A stretch of DNA of 64,000 nt. Origin: Candidatus Faecalibacterium intestinigallinarum (GTDB lineage: Bacteria; Bacillota; Clostridia; Oscillospirales; Ruminococcaceae). This document shows positions 1 to 9,300 of the stretch, piece by piece. Both the position numbers and the translations under genes were made by a program. Where the stretch lies: assembly GCA_019113345.1 (NCBI GenBank), contig DXHQ01000100.1, positions 8,445-72,444 on the forward strand. The letters are read 5' to 3'. The notes beneath the pieces were generated by a model. That model did no database searches. It worked only from the letters and a program-made list of their open reading frames with translations, and had not been told where the DNA came from. Each line of letters starts with the position of its first letter. Within the stretch, counting starts at the first letter, position 1.

Positions 1-263
1 TGGGCGGCGTCGCTCTCGGGGTCCAGCAGGACCCGCATACACAGGGTGGTGTCCAGCTGCTGCCAGCTGGTCTTGCGGGCGACGTCGGGCATATGGCCGT
101 AGTAGGCGGGGCTCTCCTCCTGGCGCTGGCGGATGCGGTCGAGCAGGGCGTCGAAGCTGTGGGGCCCCGGCTTCGACTCCCAGTGCCAGCGCAGGATGCG
201 CCGGCTGATCTCGTCGCAGGAGGCCTTGATCTCAAAAGCGGCCTGCAAATATTCCTCGGGCAT
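1..263 (-). CDS. hypothetical protein, 5' part only (gene runs off the window start)
   Basis: ATG at 261-263 (minus) lies 8 nt downstream of a GGGAGG RBS. The frame stays open to position 1 (MPEEYLQAAFEIKASCDEISRRILRWHWESKPGPHSFDALLDRIRQRQEE...). No family recognised. Confidence 0.4.
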   Translation of the reverse strand, partial: MPEEYLQAAFEIKASCDEISRRILRWHWESKPGPHSFDALLDRIRQRQEESPAYYGHMPDVARKTSWQQLDTTLCMRVLLDPESDAA

Positions 264-285
264 GGCTTCGGCCTCCCTTCTCTAC

Positions 286-320
286 CCAAAAGAGGGGGAG
301 CGGCCAAGACGCGCTCCCCC
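286..320 (-). terminator. intrinsic terminator downstream of the 331-1437 gene
   Basis: On the minus strand, stem GGGGGAGCG/CGCTCCCCC is followed by TCTTTT. Confidence 0.55.
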
Positions 321-330
321 GGGGACAAAC

Positions 331-1437
331 TTACAAAAAGAACTGATAGTACACAAACCCGTACAGGGCGATGCCGGCGCAGATCAAAGCCGTCACCGGC
401 GGCACCCACCGGATGATGTTCTCGGCCACCGGGTCGCGGTCGTCCTCCTCATCGTAGTCCTCATCCTCCTCTTCGGGGATGGGGCGGGCACGGCGGACAG
501 ACGGTTCGGGCCAGCTGCCCCGGTCGGACGGGCGGACGGCGCGGGTGGCGCCGGCCTCCTCTTCCTCGCCGGAGGCTGCCTGCGCCGGCTCCTGCGGGCG
601 GGCGGCGGGCTGCGCCGCCGGCGGCTGGGTGAACAGCCGCGTCTCCTGCCCGGCGCGCAGCGACCCGTCCTGCCGGGCCGGCTGGACCGGCTCAAAGGCG
701 CGGGTGCCGCCCGCTTCGGCGCTGCCGGCCACGCGGGTGGCGCCGGCCGGCTGTGCGGCAGGAGCGACAGGGGCGGTCGGCGCTTCCGGTGCCTCCGCCT
801 GGGGCGGCAGATCCTCCGGTTCGGCGGCCTGTTCGGGCTGCATCAGGGTGTTGAGGGCGTTCTGCAGCAGGATGCGGTCGGAGCCGCACTCGCTGCAGTA
901 GACGGTGTCCTCCTCCTTGGGGTGGAAGGCGCCGCAGGCGCAGTACCACCCGCAGTCCAGCACCTGGGGAGCGTACAGCATCCCCTTGCGGCCCACCCGC
1001 TCCTCGAGGGCGGCGGCCAGGTCGTCGGGCAGGCGGCGGGGGGCCGGCAGCCGGACCCGCTTGATGTTGTCCAGCCGGACCACCCGCTTGCCGTTGTAGA
1101 CGCTGCGCAGGACCACATCCACGCTGGTGATCGGCTTCTGGGTGATAAAGACGGCGTCGTCCATCCCGAACAGCTCGCCGGGCTTGACGTCGATATCGCG
1201 GTAGGCAAACTCATCCTCGCAGAGGATCTCACCGCCGGCGGTCTTGCACTTGAAGTGGATCTCGAGGGCGGTCAGGTTGACGCGGGAAATATTCTTGAAG
1301 GTCAGGCAGACGGCGCGGTCGCCGCTGACGCTGCCCTTGAGCAGCTCGACCCGGACGAACTGGACCGGGCTGCCCGGGGTGTAATAGTTGGCTCTGGTTT
1401 GAGCAATGGGGTCAAAGCTCTCCTCCACAACACTCAC
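331..1437 (-). CDS. hypothetical tail-anchored protein with a zinc-ribbon motif and a long Pro/Ala/Glu-rich disordered region
   Basis: 368-aa ORF with GC3-rich codon usage like its neighbours. It has a CxC...CxxC motif (CGWYCACGAFHPKEEDTVYCSECG), an acidic and proline-rich low-complexity segment, and a C-terminal hydrophobic helix (VPPVTALICAGIALYGFVYYQFF). Confidence 0.7.
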   Translation of the reverse strand: MSVVEESFDPIAQTRANYYTPGSPVQFVRVELLKGSVSGDRAVCLTFKNISRVNLTALEIHFKCKTAGGEILCEDEFAYRDIDVKPGELFGMDDAVFITQKPITSVDVVLRSVYNGKRVVRLDNIKRVRLPAPRRLPDDLAAALEERVGRKGMLYAPQVLDCGWYCACGAFHPKEEDTVYCSECGSDRILLQNALNTLMQPEQAAEPEDLPPQAEAPEAPTAPVAPAAQPAGATRVAGSAEAGGTRAFEPVQPARQDGSLRAGQETRLFTQPPAAQPAARPQEPAQAASGEEEEAGATRAVRPSDRGSWPEPSVRRARPIPEEEDEDYDEEDDRDPVAENIIRWVPPVTALICAGIALYGFVYYQFFL

Positions 1438-1461
1438 TCCTTCCCTGTGGGAGATGGGATC

Positions 1462-3600
1462 TTACTGCCCGTCCGGCCTGCTGTCCGGGGTGTCGGGCGT
1501 TTCCGGCGCGGGGATGTCCACCGGGCCGGACGGCGCTTCGTCTGCCGGGGCGGCCGGCGCCTGGGGCGCGGGGGCCTCCTGGACGGGAGCCGGCGTCTCG
1601 GGCGCGGCGGGGGCGGCAGGGGCGTCATCGTCCTTGCGCGGGGGCAGATGCTCGCCCCGCATGATGGCGTTGAACTCGGCCTCGTTCAGCTTCTCCCGCT
1701 CGATCAGGGCCTGGGCCAGCGCGTGCAGCTGGTCGAGATGTTCGGTCAGGGTGCGGCGGCAGGTCTCGTAGGCCTCATCGATGATGTCGCGGATCTCGCT
1801 GTCGATCTCGGCGGCGGTGGTCTCGCTGTAGCCCTTGCCCTGGGCAAAGTCGCGGCCGAGGAAGGTCTCCTCCTGGCTGGTGCCGTAGACCACCGGGCCC
1901 AGCCGCTCCGAGAAGCCGTAGCGGGTAATCATCTGCCGGGCGATGCTGGTGGCCTGCTGCAGGTCGTTGGAAGCGCCGGTCGAGATATCGTCCAAAATCA
2001 GCTGCTCGGCCACCCGGCCGCCCAGGCTGGAGACGATGTCCTCAAACATCTCCCCCTTGGTGACGTAGGAGCGGTCCTTTTCGGGCAGGTACATGGTGTA
2101 GCCGCCGGCCTGGCCGCGCGGGATGATGGTGATCTCGTGCACCCGGGGATGGTGCTTGCAGTAGAAGCCCGCCACCGCGTGGCCCGCCTCATGGTAGGCG
2201 GTCAGCTTCTTCTCCTCGGGGGTGACGACCCGGCTCTTCTTCTCCGGGCCGGCCATCACCTTCATGGAAGCCTCTTCGATGTCCTCCATGGTGATGGCTT
2301 TGCGGTTGCGACGGGCGGCCAGCAGGGCCGCCTCGTTGACCAGGTTTTCCAGGTCGGCGCCGGCAAAGCCCGCGGTCCGCTGGGCGATCACCTTGAGGGA
2401 GACGTCGGGGGCCAGGGGCTTTTTGCGGGTGTGGACCTTCAGGATCTCCTCGCGGCCCTTGACGTCGGGCAGGCCGACGTAGACCTGCCGGTCAAAGCGG
2501 CCGGGGCGGAGCAGGGCCTTATCCAGGATGTCGGCGCGGTTGGTGGCGGCCATGACGATGATGCCGTCGTTGGCCTCAAAGCCGTCCATCTCGACCAGCA
2601 GCTGGTTGAGGGTCTGCTCACGCTCGTCGTGCCCGCCGCCCAGCCCGGCGCCGCGCTGGCGGCCCACCGCGTCGATCTCGTCGATGAAGATGATGCAGGG
2701 CATGGTCTTTTTGGCCTTGTCGAACAGGTCGCGGACGCGGGAAGCGCCGACGCCGACGTACATCTCGACAAAGTCAGAGCCCGAAATGGAATAGAAGGGC
2801 ACCCCGGCTTCGCCGGCACAGGCGCGGGCCAGCAGGGTCTTGCCGGTGCCCGGAGGGCCCACCAGCAGCACGCCGTGGGGGATGCGCGCGCCGAGGGAGT
2901 TGAACTTTTCGGGGCTCTTGAGGAACTCGACGACTTCCTTCAGCTCTTCCTTTTCCTCGTCCTCGCCGGCGACGTCGGCAAAGGTGGCGGTCTTCTGGTT
3001 GGTGGACTCGTCCTTGACCTTGGCGCGGCCAACGTTCATCACGTTGCCGCCCCCTGCGCCGCCCCGCAGCATCGAGAAGAGGATGAACCCGGTGCAGCCC
3101 AGCATGGCCAGATAGAAGAAAATCTCCATCCAGGGCACCGTCTCGCGCAGGGCGGTATAGTCATACTCCATCGGATCGTCGGGGTTGGCGGCGTCGTAGG
3201 CGTCGATATACTGCTGCACCTCATTGATAAAGAGGGCGGCATAGGGCAGCTGATAGCGGACGGTCACGGTGCCGTCGCCGTTGGGCTCCACCTCGTCGCC
3301 CGACGAGCTGCCCGAGCCCAGCAGCCCCGACATCAGCCCGCCGCTGTGGGAGGGCGTCTCGCCGGCGCTTTCGGGCAGGGGCAGGTCCCCTTCCTTGATC
3401 TCCATCGTGATGACGCCGGTGTTGCGGTCGAGGGTGAAGGCGGTCACCTGCAAATGTTCAAAATAATGCACCACCGTTGAATAGCTCATGGTCGTGCCGC
3501 TGGGGGTGTTGGATGTGGTGAACACCGACCAGATCATCAGCACAGCGGCCAGCGCAAGGGCCAGGATCAGCGGGTTCAGGTGCGGTCTTTTCTGCTGCAA
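1462..3600 (-). CDS. ftsH: ATP-dependent zinc metalloprotease FtsH
   Basis: N-terminal TM segment, Walker [12 protein letters not shown]+ body and zinc motif HEAGHA. Sits in the conserved tilS-hpt-ftsH order. Has a Pro/Ala-rich C-terminal tail. Confidence 0.97.
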   Translation of the reverse strand: MQQKRPHLNPLILALALAAVLMIWSVFTTSNTPSGTTMSYSTVVHYFEHLQVTAFTLDRNTGVITMEIKEGDLPLPESAGETPSHSGGLMSGLLGSGSSSGDEVEPNGDGTVTVRYQLPYAALFINEVQQYIDAYDAANPDDPMEYDYTALRETVPWMEIFFYLAMLGCTGFILFSMLRGGAGGGNVMNVGRAKVKDESTNQKTATFADVAGEDEEKEELKEVVEFLKSPEKFNSLGARIPHGVLLVGPPGTGKTLLARACAGEAGVPFYSISGSDFVEMYVGVGASRVRDLFDKAKKTMPCIIFIDEIDAVGRQRGAGLGGGHDEREQTLNQLLVEMDGFEANDGIIVMAATNRADILDKALLRPGRFDRQVYVGLPDVKGREEILKVHTRKKPLAPDVSLKVIAQRTAGFAGADLENLVNEAALLAARRNRKAITMEDIEEASMKVMAGPEKKSRVVTPEEKKLTAYHEAGHAVAGFYCKHHPRVHEITIIPRGQAGGYTMYLPEKDRSYVTKGEMFEDIVSSLGGRVAEQLILDDISTGASNDLQQATSIARQMITRYGFSERLGPVVYGTSQEETFLGRDFAQGKGYSETTAAEIDSEIRDIIDEAYETCRRTLTEHLDQLHALAQALIEREKLNEAEFNAIMRGEHLPPRKDDDAPAAPAAPETPAPVQEAPAPQAPAAPADEAPSGPVDIPAPETPDTPDSRPDGQ

Positions 3601-3668
3601 AAACGATCACTCCAGTTCTTTCCAGTTTGGGCCAGTTTGGCTGTTGGGATGCTGCCGGGCGCGGGCGG

Positions 3669-4220
3669 TCACCGGCCGCCGTAGACTTCCGGCTTGAGCA
3701 CGCCCACAAAGGGCAGGTTGCGGTATTTTTCGTCGTAATCGAGGCCATACCCCACCACAAAGGCGTCCGGCACCTCAAAGCCGATGTAGTCGGCCCGGAT
3801 GTCGGTCTTGCGGCGGGCGGGCTTATCCAGGATGGCACAGATGCGCACCGAGTTGGGGTGGCGCATCTTGAGCATGGGCACCAGATTGGAGAGGGTGACG
3901 CCGGTGTCCAGCACATCCTCCACGATCAGCACGTCCCGGCCGGACAGGTCGGCGTCCAGGTCCTTGACGATCTTGACAAGCCCCGTCGACTCGGTGTTGG
4001 TGCCGCCGTAGCTGGACACCACCATAAAGTCGATGCTGCACGGGATGGTCACCGCCCGCATCAGGTCGGCCATAAAGACCACCGCGCCCTTTAAGATCGA
4101 GACCAGCAGCAGGTCCCTGCCCGCGTAGTCCCGGCTGACCTGGGCGCCCAGTTCGGCCACTTTGGCCCGCAGCTGTTCCTCGGTGACCAGAACGGTCTGA
4201 ATGTCGTCGCGCATATCCAT
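3669..4220 (-). CDS. hpt: hypoxanthine phosphoribosyltransferase
   Basis: PRPP-binding motif VLIVEDVLDTGVTL, 183 aa, located between tilS and ftsH. Confidence 0.95.
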   Translation of the reverse strand: MDMRDDIQTVLVTEEQLRAKVAELGAQVSRDYAGRDLLLVSILKGAVVFMADLMRAVTIPCSIDFMVVSSYGGTNTESTGLVKIVKDLDADLSGRDVLIVEDVLDTGVTLSNLVPMLKMRHPNSVRICAILDKPARRKTDIRADYIGFEVPDAFVVGYGLDYDEKYRNLPFVGVLKPEVYGGR

Positions 4221-4223
4221 GAC

Positions 4224-5636
4224 TCAACGTCCTCTCTCTTCTCCCTCTCGGGCTTCTATCTCGAGGCGCAGGGCAAGGCCGGTCTCCCCGTCGGGGGCAA
4301 GGCCCTCCGCAAAGCCTGCGCCGCAGACCCACACCACCTCGCTGCCGTCCGCCAGCAACGGCAGGCGGTCCCGCTCTGCGGGCGGGATGGCCTGTTCGTT
4401 CATCCATTTGCGCAGGGGTTTGGTCACCCCGCGGCCGGCCGGCCGGTAGGTGTCCCCCGGCAGGCGGCTGCGCAGCGTGAGGGCAGGGTGCAACATGGTT
4501 ATTCTAGCATAATCCGCTACATTTTTTAAGTCTTTTTTGTGAACGACCTGTGTTTTTTCTTGAAAACTCCCCTTTTCCACCCGCGCGCGGAGGATTTTGC
4601 CCCCGCCAAGGGGATATTCAGTCCGTTTTTCGGGGCGGAAAGACGAGGCTTCGAGGGGCGCGTCCCCTTCGGGCGGCGGCGTCTCGCGCCGCAGGCGGCC
4701 CTGTCCGGCCCGCAGCCGGACATCCGGCCGCAGCTGCACCGCCCCGCTTCCCTGCCGCACCATCCGGCAGACCAGCCGGATGTACCGTTCCTCGGGGTCG
4801 CGGTGGGGGGCCACCAGCGCGTGGGCGGCCGCCTCCAGCACCAGGGGGTCGGCTTTTTGCAGCGGTTCGAGGGCCCAGACGCCGGGACTCTCGGCCGCCC
4901 CGGCCAGCAGGGCGCCGGCGGCCCAGGCAAAGTAGGCGTCGGCACGGGCGGCCTTTTCGCAGAAGCGGGCGAGGTTCCGCTCGGCCCCGGCGTTGGCCTG
5001 CCGCAGGGCGGGCAGGGCGTCGTGGCGCAGCCGGTTGCGGGCGTAGGCGTCCGAGAGGTTGGTCTCGTCGGTGACCCACTCCTGTCCGGCCGCGCGGCAG
5101 TAGGCCTCCACCTCGGCCCTCGTCAGGCAGAGCAGCGGCCGGACGTAGAAGTCCCGCGCGGGGCGGATGCCTCCCGCCCCGTGCAGCCCGGTCCCCCGCG
5201 CCAGCCGGAAGAGCAGCGTTTCGGCCTGGTCAGTGACAGTATGGGCCGTAGCGATGCGGTCTATCCCCGCGCCGTGCAGCCGCGCAAAGCAGGCGTAGCG
5301 CAGCGCGCGGGCCCCGGCCTCGCCGCCCGAGGCGTCGGGCAGGCCCTCCTCCCCGGCGCGGCAGACAGTCAGCGGCACGCCCAGCCGGGCGCACGCGGCC
5401 CGGACAAAGGCTTCGTCGGCGTCGGCGGCCGCCCCGCGCAGCTTGTGGTTGACATGGCAGCCCGAGACTTCCACCCCCAGCCGCCCGGCCAGGGCCAGCA
5501 GGATGCGCAGCAGAGCCATGCTGTCCGCCCCGCCCGAGACGGCGGCGGCCACCCGCTGCCCCTGTGCAAAAAGCCCGGCCTGCTCGCACCAGGCAAGCAC
5601 CCGGGCCTCGGTATCACCCAAAATCGCAGAATCCAT
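4224..5636 (-). CDS. tilS: tRNA(Ile)-lysidine synthetase
   Basis: PP-loop SGGADS near the N-terminus, plus tilS-hpt-ftsH synteny. The start is uncertain: ATG at 5636 (MDSAILG...) or ATG at 5672, which would overlap the end of dnaB. Confidence 0.9.
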   Translation of the reverse strand: MDSAILGDTEARVLAWCEQAGLFAQGQRVAAAVSGGADSMALLRILLALAGRLGVEVSGCHVNHKLRGAAADADEAFVRAACARLGVPLTVCRAGEEGLPDASGGEAGARALRYACFARLHGAGIDRIATAHTVTDQAETLLFRLARGTGLHGAGGIRPARDFYVRPLLCLTRAEVEAYCRAAGQEWVTDETNLSDAYARNRLRHDALPALRQANAGAERNLARFCEKAARADAYFAWAAGALLAGAAESPGVWALEPLQKADPLVLEAAAHALVAPHRDPEERYIRLVCRMVRQGSGAVQLRPDVRLRAGQGRLRRETPPPEGDAPLEASSFRPEKRTEYPLGGGKILRARVEKGSFQEKTQVVHKKDLKNVADYARITMLHPALTLRSRLPGDTYRPAGRGVTKPLRKWMNEQAIPPAERDRLPLLADGSEVVWVCGAGFAEGLAPDGETGLALRLEIEAREGEERGR

Positions 5637-5652
5637 TGCAGTTGCAGGCGCT

Positions 5653-7065
5653 TCAGTGCCTGAAATCCACATCCATAAAGCGTGTGTGCGCGCCGTCCCA
5701 TCCGAGGGGGACGGTGCTGGTTTCGCCGTGGCGGTTTTTGGCCACGATGCACTCGGCGGTGTCGGCGTCGACGTCCGCCCCGTCGGGCTGCTGGCTGGCG
5801 TAGTAGGAGTCCCGGTAGAGGAACAGCACGCAGTCGGCGTCCTGCTCGATCGAGCCCGAGTCGCGCAGGTCGGACAGCTGGGGCCGGTGGCTGGAGCTGT
5901 TGCCCTGCTTTTCCACCGCGCGGGAGAGCTGGCTCAGCGCGATGATGGGCACGTCCATCTCCTTGGCCATGATCTTGAGGTTGCGGGTGATCGAGCTGAT
6001 CTCCTGCACCCGGTTCTCGGTCCGCTGGCCCGAGGTCATCAGCTGCAGGTAGTCGATGACGATCAGCCCGATGTTGGGCCGGCTGGGGTCCTGGTTGATC
6101 CGGCGGATCTTGGCCTTCATCTCGGTGATGGTGATGGAGGAGGTGTCGTCCATGTAGATGGGCGCGTCGTGCAGCTTTTCGGTGGCCAGGGCCAGATACT
6201 CCCAGTCGGAGGCTGTCAGCGCGCCGGTGCGGAACGCCTGGCTGTCGATGCCGGCTTCGGCCGAGAGGATGCGGTTGGTCAGCTGCTCCTTGGTCATTTC
6301 CAAACTGAAGATGGCCACCGGGATGCGCTGCTTCATGGCGACGCGGGTGGCGATGTTCAGCGCAAAGCTGGATTTGCCCATGCCGGGACGGGCCGCCAGA
6401 ATAATCAGGTCCCCCCGGCCCAGGCCGGTCAGGACGGTGTCCAGCAGGCGGAACCCGGTGGGGATGCCCTTGTACTTGTCGGCGTCGGGGCCGCTGATCT
6501 TCTGCAGGTTGGTCAGGGTCTCCACCATGCTGGAAGAAAGCGGGGTCAGCGCGCTGGAATCCCGTCCCGAGCGGATCTCATAGAGCCGCTGTTCGGCGTT
6601 TTCCAGCAGCAGGGCGGCGTCCGGCTCGTCGCCGGCGTCCTGCAGAATGTCGGTGGCCACCCCCATCAGCTGCCGGATGAGGTACTTTTCCTGCACGATC
6701 TCGGCGTAGGCCCGGACGTTCGAGATGCTGGGCACCGTCTCGGCCAGGCCGGTCAGGTAGACCTTGGCTTCGTCGGGGCTGGAAAAGATATTGTCCGAGA
6801 CGACGGCGTCCAGCAGGGTGACAAAGTCGATGGTCTGGTCCCCGGTGAACAGGCGGACCATCTCGGCGTAGATGCGGCCGTTCTGGGCGGCGTAGAACAT
6901 CTCGGGCCGGACCACCTCGACCAGGTCGGTCAGCACCTCCGGCTTGAGCAGCACCGCGCCCAGCACGCTCTGCTCGGCCTGCATACTGTAGGGCGGCTGG
7001 ATGCCCACGCTCTCGAGATTCAGTTCATGACCGCCATAGCGGCCGCGGCGGCGTTCTTCGGGCAT
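5653..7065 (-). CDS. dnaB: replicative DNA helicase (DnaB family; DnaC in the Bacillus naming)
   Basis: Opens with PPYSMQAEQSVLGAVLL. Walker A GARPGMGKS and a RecA-like C-terminal domain. Lies downstream of rplI as in Firmicutes. ATG at 7065 has a GGGGGG RBS; the track ORF starts at a GTG at 7083. Confidence 0.95.
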   Translation of the reverse strand: MPEERRRGRYGGHELNLESVGIQPPYSMQAEQSVLGAVLLKPEVLTDLVEVVRPEMFYAAQNGRIYAEMVRLFTGDQTIDFVTLLDAVVSDNIFSSPDEAKVYLTGLAETVPSISNVRAYAEIVQEKYLIRQLMGVATDILQDAGDEPDAALLLENAEQRLYEIRSGRDSSALTPLSSSMVETLTNLQKISGPDADKYKGIPTGFRLLDTVLTGLGRGDLIILAARPGMGKSSFALNIATRVAMKQRIPVAIFSLEMTKEQLTNRILSAEAGIDSQAFRTGALTASDWEYLALATEKLHDAPIYMDDTSSITITEMKAKIRRINQDPSRPNIGLIVIDYLQLMTSGQRTENRVQEISSITRNLKIMAKEMDVPIIALSQLSRAVEKQGNSSSHRPQLSDLRDSGSIEQDADCVLFLYRDSYYASQQPDGADVDADTAECIVAKNRHGETSTVPLGWDGAHTRFMDVDFRH

Positions 7066-7089
7066 ACCAGGCCCCCCTTTCACGCTTCA

Positions 7090-7121
7090 CGAAAAAGCGC
7101 TCCCTTTCACGCAGGGAGCGC
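7090..7121 (-). terminator. intrinsic terminator after rplI
   Basis: On the minus strand, stem GCGCTCCCT/AGGGAGCGC is followed by TTTTT. Confidence 0.6.
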
Positions 7122-7138
7122 AGCGGCGGCAGAGCGGC

Positions 7139-7594
7139 TCAGGCCGGCTCGACCTCCACGTTGACCTTAAAGCTTGCGACAACGCCCGGATACAGCCGGA
7201 CCTTGCCGGTAAAGACGCCGGCGTCCCGGATGTCCTTGACGTCCAGCTCGATCTTTTTCTTGTCGACCGTCTCGCCGGTCGCCTCCGAGAGGGCCGCGGC
7301 GATCTCCTTGCTGGTCACCTTGCCGAACAGCCGGCCCGAAGCGCCGCCCTTGGCCTTGACGGTGACCAGGCGGCTGTTGATCTTGGCAGCCAGCGCCTGG
7401 GCGGCGGCCAGGTTTTCGGCCTCGTGGAAGTCGGCGGCGGCTTCCTTGCTGTGGGCGATGTTCAGGGCGCTGGCATCGGCCACAGCCGCCAGCTTGCGGG
7501 GGAACAGATAGTTGCGGGCGTAGCCGTCCGAGACCTCGTGGATCTCGTCCTTCTTGCCGATGCCCTTGACGTCCTGTTTCAAAATAACCTTCAT
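7139..7594 (-). CDS. rplI: 50S ribosomal protein L9
   Basis: [36 protein letters not shown] is a typical L9 N-terminus. The start is trimmed to the internal ATG at 7594. Confidence 0.95.
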   Translation of the reverse strand: MKVILKQDVKGIGKKDEIHEVSDGYARNYLFPRKLAAVADASALNIAHSKEAAADFHEAENLAAAQALAAKINSRLVTVKAKGGASGRLFGKVTSKEIAAALSEATGETVDKKKIELDVKDIRDAGVFTGKVRLYPGVVASFKVNVEVEPA

Positions 7595-7654
7595 GGCTGA
7601 AACCTCTTTTCCGGCCGGGCGGCAAAGGCCGCCCACGGCCATTTCTTATCCTTT

Positions 7655-7683
7655 AGTATACCGCATCCCGGCCGTTTCGGCAA
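7655..7683 (-). promoter_or_regulatory. sigma-70-type promoter for rplI
   Basis: Minus strand TTGCCG-17 nt-TATACT, about 60 nt upstream of the rplI start. Confidence 0.45.
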
Positions 7684-7712
7684 GGGCGGGGCGGACATTG
7701 GATATGCCCATT

Positions 7713-8036
7713 TCAAAGCTCTTTCGCCTTCTCCTGCGCTGCATTTCCCAGCTTTTCATATACAAAGTTACCGTTGTTCCAGTTCTGCAGGTTACGAAGC
7801 CTTGCACCCCTGTCACCGTGTTCAGGATCTCCAAACAACAGTTTTAGCTTATCACAAGGCATTTCAGGACACTGTCCGCAGTGCTCAAAGCCTTTTTCGA
7901 TGCAGCATTTCGCTTTGTCACATTCACCCCAGAACATGTCTCCGGCATTCGCTTTACATCCCCCGCAACCCATTTTTTCTTTCCATTCACATACGCCGCA
8001 ATATGTACCGCAGTATGCCATCATTGATTGATCCAT
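7713..8036 (-). CDS. DUF3795-type cysteine-rich protein
   Basis: 107 aa with MAYCGTYCGVCEWK...CGGC...HCGQCPEMPCDK cysteine spacing typical of DUF3795. Its G+C content is visibly much lower than all neighbours. Confidence 0.75.
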   Translation of the reverse strand: MDQSMMAYCGTYCGVCEWKEKMGCGGCKANAGDMFWGECDKAKCCIEKGFEHCGQCPEMPCDKLKLLFGDPEHGDRGARLRNLQNWNNGNFVYEKLGNAAQEKAKEL

Positions 8037-8177
8037 AAGACTTAGTTCCCTTCCGTTTTAATATTTTGACAATCTGCTTTTGTACGGCCTTCACACTATC
8101 AAAAAAGTTTTCTGTCGCTTTTCTCATGGTTTTATTATATCATAACATTTTTATTTTGGACACTCCCGCGGGCGTTT

Positions 8178-9281
8178 TCACTGCAATTCCTCGCGGGCGG
8201 CGGCCAGGGCGCTCTCGATCACCTTGTCCATGTCGTAGTAGCGGTACTCGCCCAGACGCCCGCCGAACCGGACTCCCGACTCCGCGTCCGCCAGCGCCTT
8301 GTAGCGGGCGTAGAGGGCGCCGTTCTTTTCGTCGTTGACCGGGTAGTAGGGCTCGTCTCCCACCTTCCACTCGGCGCTGTACTCCCGGCTGATGACCGTT
8401 TTGGGCTGGGCGCCAAACTCGAAGTGCTTGTGCTCGATGATGCGGGTGTAGGGGGTCTCGGCGTCGGTGTAGTTGACCACCGCGTTGCCCTGATAGTTGT
8501 CGGTGTCCAGCACCTCGGTCTCAAAGCGGACGCTGCGGTATTCCAGCGCGCCGAGCCGGTAGCCGAAGTAGGCGTCGACCGGCCCGGTGTAGATCACCCG
8601 CTCCGCCAGCGCGTCGAGGGCGTCCTTTTCGGCCAGATAGTCCACCCCGAGACGGATCTCAGTACCCTCCAGCATCCGCTCCACCATGGCGGTGTAGCCG
8701 CCGTTCGGGATGCCCTGATAGAGGGCGTTGAAATAGTTGTTGTCGTAGGTAAAGCGGACCGGCAACCGCCGGATGATGAAGGCGGGCAGCTGGTCGCAGG
8801 GGCGGCCCCACTGTTTGGCGGTGTAGCCCTTGACCAGTTTTTCGTAGATGTCGGTGCCCACCAGGCTGATGGCCTGTTCCTCGAGGTTTTTGGGCTCGGT
8901 GATGCCGGCGGCGGCCCGCTGCTGTTCGATCTTGGCCTTCGCCTCGGCGGGGGTGACGACCCCCCACATCCGGTTGAAGGTGTTCATGTTGAAGGGCATA
9001 TTGTAGATCTCGCCGTGGTAGTTGGCGATGGGGCTGTTGGTGTAGCGGTTGAACTCGGCGAACTGCCCCACATAGTTCCACACCTCCCTCGAGTTGGTGT
9101 GGAAGATATGCGCGCCGTACCGGTGGACGTTGATCCCCTCCACCTGCTCGGTGTAGACGTTGCCGGCGATATGGCTCCGCCGGTCGATGACCAGACACCG
9201 CCGGCCGGCTTTGCGGGCCTCCTGCGCAAACACCGCGCCGAACAGCCCGGCGCCCACGATCAGGTAATCATACTGCTTCAT
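8178..9281 (-). CDS. glf: UDP-galactopyranose mutase
   Basis: N-terminal FAD fold YDYLIVGAGLFG and a 367-aa length. Glf-like along the whole protein (NVHRYGAHIFHT, YEKLVKGYTAKQWG, EHKHFEF). Confidence 0.9.
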   Translation of the reverse strand: MKQYDYLIVGAGLFGAVFAQEARKAGRRCLVIDRRSHIAGNVYTEQVEGINVHRYGAHIFHTNSREVWNYVGQFAEFNRYTNSPIANYHGEIYNMPFNMNTFNRMWGVVTPAEAKAKIEQQRAAAGITEPKNLEEQAISLVGTDIYEKLVKGYTAKQWGRPCDQLPAFIIRRLPVRFTYDNNYFNALYQGIPNGGYTAMVERMLEGTEIRLGVDYLAEKDALDALAERVIYTGPVDAYFGYRLGALEYRSVRFETEVLDTDNYQGNAVVNYTDAETPYTRIIEHKHFEFGAQPKTVISREYSAEWKVGDEPYYPVNDEKNGALYARYKALADAESGVRFGGRLGEYRYYDMDKVIESALAAAREELQ

Positions 9282-9300
9282 GCGGATGGCTCCTTTGCGT

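Noticed and set aside
133-3480. 1115-aa ORF on the plus strand, with many nested ORFs, covering the ftsH region
   Set aside because: - It lies antisense to an unmistakable ftsH gene.
- The translation is a Gly/Ala/Arg/Leu-rich low-complexity string with no motifs.
- This is typical of stop-codon-poor antisense frames in GC-rich DNA.
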